Positions 40,072 through 51,900 of a stretch of 64,000 nt of DNA are shown one piece after another (position 1 is the stretch's first letter; each line of letters opens with the position of its first letter). The DNA is from the human T2T-CHM13v2.0 reference genome, Homo sapiens: NCBI RefSeq assembly GCF_009914755.1, contig NC_060936.1; one strand, 5' to 3'. The translations under genes and the position numbers were made by a program. The notes beneath the pieces were generated by a model. It was not told where the DNA came from. It saw nothing but the letters and a program-made list of their open reading frames with translations, and ran no database searches.

Positions 40072-42109
40072 ACAGAGTGTTTCCAAACTGCTCCATCAAA
40101 AGAAAGGTGAAACTCCTTGAGTTGAACACACACATCACAAAGTAGTTTCTGTGAATGATTCTGTCTAGTTTTTATACGAAGATGTTTCCTTTTCTACCTT
40201 TGGTCTCAAAGCGATTGAAATCTCCACATGGAAACTCCACAAAAAGAGTGTTTCAAATCTGCTCTTTCTGAAGGAAGGTTCAACTCTGTGAGTTGAATAC
40301 ACACACCACAAATAAGTTACTGAGAATTCTTCTGTGTAACATTATATGAGGAAATCCCGTTTCCAACGAAGGCCTCAAAGAGGTCCAAATATCCACTTGC
40401 AGACTTTACAAAGACAGTGTCTCCAAACTCCTCCATCAAAAGAAAGGTTATACTCTGTGAATTGAACGCACACATCACAAAGTAGTTTCTGAGAATGATT
40501 CTGTCTAGTTTTTATACGAAGATATTTCCTTTTCTACATTTGGCCTAAAAGCGCTTGAAATCTCCACCTGCAAATATCACAAAAAGAGGGTTTCACATCT
40601 GCTCTGTCTAAAGGACAGTTCACCTCTGTGAGTTGAATAGAGGCAACACAAGGAACTTACTCAGTATTCTTCTTTCTAGCATTCTATGAAGAAATCCCGT
40701 TTCCAACGAAGGCCCCAAAGAGATCCAAATATCTGCTTGCAGACTTTACAGACAGAGTTTTTCCAAACTGCTCCATCAAAAGAAAGGTTAAACTCCTTGA
40801 GTTGAACACACACATCACAAAGTAGTTTCTGTGAATGATTCTGTCTAGTTTTTATAAGAAGATGTTTCCTTTTCTACCTTTGGTCTCAAAGCGATTGAAA
40901 TCTCCAAATGGAAACTCCTCAAAAAGAGTGTTTCAAATCTGCTCTTTCTGAAGGAAGGTTCAACTCTGTGAGTTGAATACACACACCACAAATAAGTTAC
41001 TGAGAATTCTTCTGTGTAACATTATATGAGGAAATCCCGTTTCCATCGAAGGCCTCAAAGAGGTCCAAATATCCACTTGCAGACTTTACAAAGACAGTGT
41101 CTCCAAACTCCTCCATCAAAAGAAAGGTTATACTCTGTGAATTGAACGCACACATCACAAAGTAGTTTCTGAGAATGATTCTGTCTAGTTTTTATACGAA
41201 GATATTTCCTTTTCTACATTTGGCCTAAAAGCGCTTGAAATCTCCACCTGCAAATATCACAAAAAGAGGGTTTCACATCTGCTCTGTCTAAAGGACAGTT
41301 CACCTCTGTGAGTTGAATAGAGGCAACACAAAGAACTTACTCAGTATTCTTCTTTCTAGCATTCTATGAAGAAATCCCGTTTCCAACGAAGGCCTCAAAG
41401 AGGTCAAATATCTGCTTGCAGACTTTACAGACAGAGTGTTTCCAAACTACTCTATGAAAAGAAAGCTTAAACTCCTTGAGTTGAACGCACACATCACAAA
41501 GTAGTTTCTGAGAATGATTCTGTCTAGTTTTTATACGAAGATGTTTCCTTTTCTACATTTGGTCTGAAAGCGATTGAAATCTCCAACTGGAAACTGCACA
41601 AATAGGCTGTTTCAAATCTGCTCTGTCTGAAGGAAGGTTCAGCTCTTTGAGTTGAATACACACACCACAAATAAGTTACTGAGAATTCTTCTGTCGAACA
41701 TTACAGGAAGAAATCCCGTTTCCAATGAAGGCCTCAAAGAGGTCCAAATATCCACTTGCGGACATTACAAACAGTGTGTTTCCCAACTGCTCCATCAAAA
41801 GAAAGGTTAAACTCTGTGAGCTGAACACACACATCAAAAAGAAGTTTCTGTGAATGATTCTGTCTAGATTTTATAAGAAGATGTTTCCTTTTCTACCGTA
41901 GGCCTCAAAGCGCTTGAAATCTCCAGCTGCAAATTCCACAAAAAGGGTGTTTAACATCTGCTCTTCTAAAGGAAAGTTCAACTCTATGAGTTCAATACAC
42001 ACAGCACAAAGAAGTTACTGAGACTTCTCCTATCAAACATTATATGAAGAAATCCCGTTTCCAACGAAGGCCTCAAAGAGGTCCAAATATCTGCTTGCAG
42101 ACTTTACAG
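40072..42109 (-). repeat. 12-mer variant AB-ABCD
   Basis: A 40072, B 40412, variant A 40752, B 41092, C 41431, D 41771. Confidence 0.92.
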
Positions 42110-45100
42110 ACAGAGTGTTTCCAAACTGCTCCATCAAAAGAACGGTGAAACTCCTTGAGTTGAACACACACATCACAAAGTAGTTTCTGTGAATGATTCT
42201 GTCTAGTTTTTATACGAAGATGTTTCCTTTTCTACCTTTGGTCTCAAAGCGATTGAAATCTCCACATGGAAACTCCACAAAAAGAGTGTTTCAAATCTGC
42301 TCTTTCTGAAGGAAGGTTCAACTCTGTGAGTTGAATACACACACCACAAATAAGTTACTGAGAATTCTTCTGTGTAACATTATATGAGGAAATCCCGTTT
42401 CCAACGAAGGCCTCAAAGAGGTCCAAATATCCACTTGCAGACTTTACAAAGACAGTGTCTCCAAACTCCTCCATCAAAAGAAAGGTTATACTCTGTGAAT
42501 TGAACGCACACATCACAAAGTAGTTTCTGAGAATGATTCTGTCTAGTTTTTATACGAAGATATTTCCTTTTCTACATTTGGCCTAAAAGCGCTTGAAATC
42601 TCCACCTGCAAATATCACAAAAAGAGGGTTTCACATCTGCTCTGTCTAAAGGACAGTTCACCTCTGTGAGTTGAATAGAGGCAACACAAAGAACTTACTC
42701 AGTATTCTTCTTTCTAGCGTTCTATGAAGAAATCCCGTTTCCAACGAAGGCCTCAAAGAGGTCAAATATCTGCTTGCAGACTTTACAGACAGAGTGTTTC
42801 CAAACTACTCTATGAAAAGAAAGCTTAAACTCCTTGAGTTGAACGCACACATCACAAAGTAGTTTCTGAGAATGATTCTGTCTAGTTTTTATACGAAGAT
42901 GTTTCCTTTTCTACATTTGGTCTCAAAGCGATTGAAATCTCCAACTGGAAACTGCACAAATAGGGTGTTTCAAATCTGCTCTGTCTAAAGGAAGGTTCAA
43001 CTCTGTGAGTTGAATACACACACCACAAATAAGTTACTGAGAATTCTTCTGTCGAACATTACTTGAAGAAATCCCGTTTCCAACGAAGGCCTCAAAGAGG
43101 TCCAAATATCCACTTGCAGACATTACAAACAGAGTGTTTCCAAACTGCTCCATCAAAAGAAAGGTTAAACTCTGTGAGCTGAACACACACATCAAAAAGA
43201 AGTTTCTGTGAATGATTCTGTCTAGATTTTATAAGAAGATGTTTCCTTTTCTACCGTAGGCCTCAAAGCGCTTGAAATCTCCAGCTGCAAATTCCACAAA
43301 AAGGGTGTTTAACATCTGCTCTTCTAAAGGAAAGTTCAACTCTATGAGTTGAATACACACAGCACAAAGAAGTTACTGAGACTTCTCCTATCAAACATTA
43401 TATGAAGAAATCCCGTTTTCAACGAAGGCCTCAAAGAGGTCCAAATATCTGCTTGCAGACTTTACAGACAGAGTGTTTCCAAACTGCTCCATCAAAAGAA
43501 AGGTTAAACTCCTTGAGTTGAACACACACATCACAAAGTAGTTTCTGTGAATGATTCTGTCTAGTTGTTATACGAAGATGTTTCCTTTTCTACCTTTGGT
43601 CTCAAAGCGATTGAAATCTCCACATGGAAACTCCACCAAAAGAGTGTTTCAAATCTGCTCTTTCTGAAGGAAGGTTCAACTCTGTGAGTTGAATACAGAC
43701 ACCACGAATAAGTTACTGAGAATTCTTCTGTGTAACATTATATGAGGAAATCCCGTTTCCAATGAAGGCCTCAAAGAGGTCCAAATATCTACTTGCAGAC
43801 TTTACAAAGACAGTGTCTCCAAACTCCTCCATCAAAAGAAAGGTTATACTCTGTGAATTGAACGCACACATCACAAAGTAGTTTCTGAGAATGATTCTGT
43901 CTAGTTTTTATACGAAGATATTTCCTTTTCTACATTTGGCCTAAAAGCGCTTGAAATCTCCACCTGGAAATATCACAAAAAGAGGGTTTCACATCTGCTC
44001 TGTCTAAAGGACAGTTCACCTCTGTGAGTTGAATAGAGGCAACACAAAGAACTTACTCAGTATTCTTCTTTCTAGCGTTCTATGAAGAAATCCCGTTTCC
44101 AACGAAGGCCTCAAAGAGGTCAAATATCTGCTTGCAGACTTTACAGACAGAGTGTTTCCAAACTACTCTATGAAAAGAAAGCTTAAACTCCTTGAGTTGA
44201 ACGCACACATCACAAAGTAGTTTCTGAGAATGATTCTGTCTAGTTTTTATACGAAGATGTTTCCTTTTCTACATTTGGTCTCAAAGCGATTGAAATCTCC
44301 AACTGGAAACTGCACAAATAGGCTGTTTCAAATCTGCTCTGTCTAAAGGAAGGTTCAGCTCTGTGAGTTGAATACACACACCACAAATAAGTTACTGAGA
44401 ATTCTTCTGTCGAACATTACTTGAAGAAATCCCGTTTCCAACGAAGGCCTCAAAGAGGTCCAAATATCCACTTGCAGACATTACAAACAGAGTGTTTCCA
44501 AACTGCTCCATCAAAAGAAAGGTTAAACTCTGTGAGCTGAACACACACATCAAAAAGAAGTTTCTGTGAATGATTCTGTCTAGATTTTATAAGAAGATGT
44601 TTCCTTTTCTACCGTAGGCCTCAAAGCGCTTGAAATCTCCAGCTGCAAATTCCACAAAAAGGGTGTTTAACATCTGCTCTTCTAAAGGAAAGTTCAACTC
44701 TATGAGTTGAATACACACAGCACAAAGAAGTTACTGAGACTTCTCCTATCAAACATTATATGAAGAAATCCCGTTTTCAACGAAGGCCTCAAAGAGGTCC
44801 AAATATCTGCTTGCAGACTTTACAGACAGAGTGTTTCCAAACTGCTCCATCAAAAGAAAGGTTAAACTCCTTGAGTTGAACACACACATCACAAAGTAGT
44901 TTCTGTGAATGATTCTGTCTAGTTTTTATACGAAGATGTTTCCTTTTCTACCTTTGGTCTCAAAGCGATTGAAATCTCCACATGGAAACTCCACCAAAAG
45001 AGTGTTTCAAATCTGCTCTTTCTGAAGGAAGGTTCAACTCTGTGAGTTGAATACAGACACCACGAATAAGTTACTGAGAATTCTTCTGTGTAACATTATA

Positions 45101-47541
45101 TGAGGAAATCCCGTTTCCAACGAAGGCCTCAAAGAGGTCCAAATATCTACTTGCAGACTTTACAAAGACAGTGTCTCCAAACTCCTCCATCAAAAGAAAG
45201 GTTATACTCTGTGAATTGAACGCACACATCACAAAGTAGTTTCTGAGAATGATTCTGTCTAGTTTTTATACGAAGATATTTCCTTTTCTACATTTGGCCT
45301 AAAAGCGCTTGAAATCTCCACCTGCAAATATCACAAAAAGAGGGTTTCACATCTGCTCTGTCTAAAGGACAGTTCACCTCTGTGAGTTGAATAGAGGCAA
45401 CACAAAGAACTTACTCAGTATTCTTCTTTCTAGCGTTCTATGAAGAAATCCCGTTTCCAACGAAGGCCTCAAAGAGGTCAAATATCTGCTTGCAGACTTT
45501 ACAGACAGAGTGTTTCCAAACTACTCTATGAAAAGAAAGCTTAAACTCCTTGAGTTGAACGCACACATCACAAAGTAGTTTCTGAGAATGATTCTGTCTA
45601 GTTTTTATACGAAGATGTTTCCTTTTCTACATTTGGTCTCAAAGCGATTGAAATCTCCAACTGGAAACTGCACAAATAGGCTGTTTCAAATCTGCTCTGT
45701 CTAAAGGAAGGTTCAGCTCTGTGTGTTGAATACACACACCACAAATAAGTTACTGAGAATTCTTCTGTCGAACATTACTTGAAGAAATCCCGTTTCCAAC
45801 GAAGGCCTCAAAGAGGTCCAAATATCCACTTGCGGACATTACAAACAGTGTGTTTCCCAACTGCTCCATCAAAAGAAAGGTTAAACTCTGTGAGCTGAAC
45901 ACACACATCAAAAAGAAGTTTCTGTGAATGATTCTGTCTAGATTTTATAAGAAGATGTTTCCTTTTCTACCGTAGGCCTCAAAGCGCTTGAAATCTCCAG
46001 CTGCAAATTCCACAAAAAGGGTGTTTAACATCTGCTCTTCTAAAGGAAAGTTCAACTCTATGAGTTGAATACACACAGCACAAAGAAGTTACTGAGACTT
46101 CTCCTATCAAACATTATATGAAGAAATCCCGTTTCCAACGAAGGCCTCAAAGAGGTCCAAATGTCTGCTTGCAGACTTTACAGACAGAGTGTTTCCAAAC
46201 TGCTCCATCAAAAGAAAGGTTAAACTCCTTGAGTTGAACACACACATCACAAAGTAGTTTCTGTGAATGATTCTGTCTAGTTTTTATACGAAGATGTTTC
46301 CTTTTCTACCTTTGGTCTCAAAGCGATTGAAATCTCCACATGGAAACTCCACAAAAAGAGTGTTTCAAATCTGCTCTTTCTGAAGGAAGGTTCAACTCTG
46401 TGAGTTGAATACACACACCACAAATGAGTTACTGAGAATTCTTCTGTGTAACATTATATGAGGAAATCCCGTTTCCAACGAAGGCCTCAAAGAGGTCCAA
46501 ATATCCACTTGCAGACTTTACAAAGACAGTGTCTCCAAACTCCTCCATCAAAAGAAAGGTTATACTCTGTGAATTGAACGCACACATCACAAAGTAGTTT
46601 CTGAGAATGATTCTGTCTAGTTTTTATACGAAGATATTTCCTTTTCTACATTTGGCCTAAAAGCGCTTGAAATCTCCACCTGCAAATATCACAAAAAGAG
46701 GGTTTCACATCTGCTCTGTCTAAAGGACAGTTCACCTCTGTGAGTTGAATAGAGGCAACACAAAGAACTTACTCAGTATTCTTCTTTCTAGCGTTCTATG
46801 AAGAAATCCCGTTTCCAACGAAGGCCTCAAAGAGGTCAAATATCTGCTTGCAGACTTTACAGACAGAGTGTTTCCAAACTACTCTATGAAAAGAAAGCTT
46901 AAACTCCTTGAGTTGAACGCACACATCACAAAGTAGTTTCTGAGAATGATTCTGTCTAGTTTTTATACGAAGATGTTTCCTTTTCTACATTTGGTCTCAA
47001 AGCTCTTGAAATCTCCAACTGGAAACTGCACAAATAGGCTGTTTCAAATCTGCTCTGTCTAAAGGAAGGTTCAACTCTGTGAGTTGAATACACACACCAC
47101 AAATAAGTTACTGAGAATTCTTCTGTCGAACATTACTTGAAGAAATCCCGTTTCCAACGAAGGCCTCAAAGAGGTCCAAATATCCACTTGCAGACGTTAC
47201 AAACAGAGTGTTTCCAAACTGCTCCATCAAAAGAAAGGTTAAACTCTGTGAGCTGAACACACACATCAAAAAGAAGTTTCTGTGAATGATTCTGTCTAGA
47301 TTTTATAAGAAGATGTTTCCTTTTCTACCGTAGGCCTCAAAGCGCTTGAAATCTCCAGCTGCAAATTCCACAAAAAGGGTGTTTAACATCTGCTCTTCTA
47401 AAGGAAAGTTCAACTCTATGAGTTGAATACACACAGCACAAAGAAGTTACTGAGACTTCTCCTATCAAACATTATATGAAGAAATCCCGTTTCCAACGAA
47501 GGCCTCAAAGAGGTCCAAATATCTGCTTGCAGACTTTACAG

Positions 47542-48900
47542 ACAGAGTGTTTCCAAACTGCTCCATCAAAAGAAAGGTTAAACTCCTTGAGTTGAACACA
47601 CACATCACAAAGTAGTTTCTGTGAATGATTCTGTCTAGTTTTTATACGAAGATGTTTCCTTTTCTACCTTTGGTCTCAAAGCGATTGAAATCTCCACATG
47701 GAAACTCCACAAAAAGAGTGGTTCAAATCTGCTCTTTCTGAAGGAAGGTTCAACTCTGTGAGTTGAATACACACACCACAAATAAGTTACTGAGAATTCT
47801 TCTGTGTAACATTATATGAGGAAATCCCGTTTCCAACGAAGGCCTCAAAGAGGTCCAAATATCCACTTGCAGACTTTACAAAGACAGTGTCTCCAAACTC
47901 CTCCATCAAAAGAAAGGTTATACTCTGTGAATTGAACGCATACATCACAAAGTAGTTTCTGAGAATGATTCTGTCTAGTTTTTATACGAAGATATTTCCT
48001 TTTCTACATTTGGCCTAAAAGCGCTTGAAATCTCCACCTGCAAATATCACAAAAAGAGGGTTTCACATCTGCTCTGTCTAAAGGACAGTTCACCTCTGTG
48101 AGTTGAATAGAGGCAACACAAAGAACTTACTCAGTATTCTTCTTTCTAGCGTTCTATGAAGAAATCCCGTTTCCAACGAAGGCCTCAAAGAGGTCCAAAT
48201 ATCTGCTTGCAGACTTTACAGACAGAGTTTTTCCAAACTGCTCCATCAAAAGAAAGGTTAAACTCCTTGAGTTGAACACACACATCACAAAGTAGTTTCT
48301 GTGAATGATTCTGTCTAGTTTTTATACGAAGATGTTTCCTTTTCTACCTTTGGTCTCAAAGCGATTGAAATCTCCACATGGAAACTCCTCAAAAAGAGTG
48401 TTTCAAATCTGCTCTTTCTGAAGGAAGGTTCAACTCTGTGAGTTGAATACACACACCACAAATAAGTTACTGAGAATTCTTCTGTGTAACATTATATGAG
48501 GAAATCCCGTTTCCAACGAAGGCCTCAAAGAGGTCCAAATATCCACTTGCGGACATTACAAACAGTGTGTTTCCCAACTGCTCCATCAAAAGAAAGGTTA
48601 AACTCTGTGAGCTGAACACACACATCAAAAAGAAGTTTCTGTGAATGATTCTGTCTAGATTTTATAAGAAGATGTTTCCTTTTCTACCGTAGGCCTCAAA
48701 GCGCTTGAAATCTCCAGCTGCAAATTCCACAAAAAGGGTGTTTAACATCTGCTCTTCTAAAGGAAAGTTCAACTCTATGAGTTGAATACACACAGCACAA
48801 AGAAGTTACTGAGACTTCTCCTATCAAACATTATATGAAGAAATCCCGTTTCCAACGAAGGCCTCAAAGAGGTCCAAATGTCTGCTTGCAGACTTTACAG
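47542..48900 (-). repeat. Structural-variant HOR AB-AD
   Basis: A 47542, B 47882, variant A 48222, D 48562. Confidence 0.92.
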
Positions 48901-51900
48901 ACAGAGTGTTTCCAAACTGCTCCATCAAAAGAAAGGTTAAACTCCTTGAGTTGAACACACACATCACAAAGTAGTTTCTGTGAATGATTCTGTCTAGTTT
49001 TTATACGAAGATGTTTCCTTTTCTACCTTTGGTCTCAAAGCGATTGAAATCTCCACATGGAAACTCCACAAAAAGAGTGTTTCAAATCTGCTCTTTCTGA
49101 AGGAAGGTTCAACTCTGTGAGTTGAATACACACACCACAAATAAGTTACTGAGAATTCTTCTGTGTAACATTATATGAGGAAATCCCGTTTCCAACGAAG
49201 GCCTCAAAGAGGTCCAAATATCCACTTGCAGACTTTACAAAGACAGTGTCTCCAAACTCCTCCATCAAAAGAAAGGTTATACTCTGTGAATTGAACGCAC
49301 ACATCACAAAGTAGTTTCTGAGAATGATTCTGTCTAGTTTTTATACGAAGATATTTCCTTTTCTACATTTGGCCTAAAAGCGCTTGAAATCTCCACCTGC
49401 AAATATCACAAAAAGAGGGTTTCACATCTGCTCTGTCTAAAGGACAGTTCACCTCTGTGAGTTGAATAGAGGCAACACAAAGAACTTACTCAGTATTCTT
49501 CTTTCTAGCGTTCTATGAAGAAATCCCGTTTCCAACGAAGGCCTCAAAGAGGTCAAATATCTGCTTGCAGACTTTACAGACAGAGTGTTTCCAAACTACT
49601 CTATGAAAAGAAAGCTTAAACTCCTTGAGTTGAACGCACACATCACAAAGTAGTTTCTGAGAATGATTCTGTCTAGTTTTTATACGAAGATGTTTCCTTT
49701 TCTACATTTGGTCTCAAAGCTCTTGAAATCTCCAACTGGAAACTGCACAAATAGGCTGTTTCAAATCTGCTCTGTCTAAAGGAAGGTTCAACTCTGTGAG
49801 TTGAATACACACACCACAAATAAGTTACTGAGAATTCTTCTGTCGAACATTACTTGAAGAAATCCCGTTTCCAACGAAGGCCTCAAAGAGGTCCAAATAT
49901 CCACTTGCAGACGTTACAAACAGAGTGTTTCCAAACTGCTCCATCAAAAGAAAGGTTAAACTCTGTGAGCTGAACACACACATCAAAAAGAAGTTTCTGT
50001 GAATGATTCTGTCTAGATTTTATAAGAAGATGTTTCCTTTTCTACCGTAGGCCTCAAAGCGCTTGAAATCTCCAGCTGCAAATTCCACAAAAAGGGTGTT
50101 TAACATCTGCTCTTCTAAAGGAAAGTTCAACTCTATGAGTTGAATACACACAGCACAAAGAAGTTACTGAGACTTCTCCTATCAAACATTATATGAAGAA
50201 ATCCCGTTTCCAACGAAGGCCTCAAAGAGGTCCAAATATCTGCTTGCAGACTTTACAGACAGAGTGTTTCCAAACTGCTCCATCAAAAGAAAGGTTAAAC
50301 TCCTTGAGTTGAACACACACATCACAAAGTAGTTTCTGTGAATGATTCTGTCTAGTTTTTATACGAAGATGTTTCCTTTTCTACCTTTGGTCTCAAAGCG
50401 ATTGAAATCTCCACATGGAAACTCCACAAAAAGAGTGTTTCAAATCTGCTCTTTCTGAAGGAAGGTTCAACTCTGTGAGTTGAATACACACACCACAAAT
50501 AAGTTACTGAGAATTCTTCTGTGTAACATTATATGAGGAAATCCCGTTTCCAACGAAGGCCTCAAAGAGGTCCAAATATCCACTTGCAGACTTTACAAAG
50601 ACAGTGTCTCCCAACTCCTCCATCAAAAGAAAGGTTATACTCTGTGAATTGAACGCACACATCACAAAGTAGTTTCTGAGAATGATTCTGTCTAGTTTTT
50701 ATACGAAGATATTTCCTTTTCTACATTTGGCCTAAAAGCGCTTGAAATCTCCACCTGCAAATATCACAAAAAGAGGGTTTCACATCTGCTCTGTCTAAAG
50801 GACAGTTCACCTCTGTGAGTTGAATAGAGGCAACACAAAGAACTTACTCAGTATTCTTCTTTCTAGCGTTCTATGTAGAAATCCCGTTTCCAACGAAGGC
50901 CTCAAAGAGGTCAAATATCTGCTTGCAGACTTTACAGACAGAGTGTTTCCAAACTACTCTATGAAAAGAAAGCTTAAACTCCTTGAGTTGAACGCACACA
51001 TCACAAAGTAGTTTCTGAGAATGATTTTGTCTAGTTTTTATACGAAGATGTTTCCTTTTCTACATTTGGTCTCAAAGCGATTGAAATCTCCAACTGGAAA
51101 CTGCACAAATAGGCTGTTTCAAATCTGCTCTGTCTAAAGGAAGGTTCAGCTCTGTGTGTTGAATACACACACCACAAATAAGTTACTGAGAATTCTTCTG
51201 TCGAACATTACTTGAAGAAATCCCGTTTCCAACGAAGGCCTCAAAGAGGTCCAAATATCCACTTGCGGACATTACAAACAGTGTGTTTCCCAACTGCTCC
51301 ATCAAAAGAAAGGTTAAACTCTGTGAGCTGAACACACACATCAAAAAGAAGTTTCTGTGAATGATTCTGTCTAGATTTTATAAGAAGATGTTTCCTTTTC
51401 TACCGTAGGCCTCAAAGCGCTTGAAATCTCCAGCTGCAAATTCCACAAAAAGGGTGTTTAACATCTGCTCTTCTAAAGGAAAGTTCAACTCTATGAGTTG
51501 AATACACACAGCACAAAGAAGTTACTGAGACTTCTCCTATCAAACATTATATGAAGAAATCCCGTTTCCAACGAAGGCCTCAAAGAGGTCCAAATGTCTG
51601 CTTGCAGACTTTACAGACAGAGTGTTTCCAAACTGCTCCATCAAAAGAAAGGTTAAACTCCTTGAGTTGAACACACACATCACAAAGTAGTTTCTGTGAA
51701 TGATTCTGTCTAGTTTTTATACGAAGATGTTTCCTTTTCTACCTTTGGTCTCAAAGCGATTGAAATCTCCACATGGAAACTCCACAAAAAGAGTGTTTCA
51801 AATCTGCTCTTTCTGAAGGAAGGTTCAACTCTGTGAGTTGAATACACACACCACAAATGAGTTACTGAGAATTCTTCTGTGTAACATTATATGAGGAAAT

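Noticed and set aside
50820-51011. 63-aa ORF, identical copy at 54894-55085
   Set aside because: Created by a tga>tgt SNP in dimer B. The two copies reflect the local duplication at offset 4074, not coding conservation.
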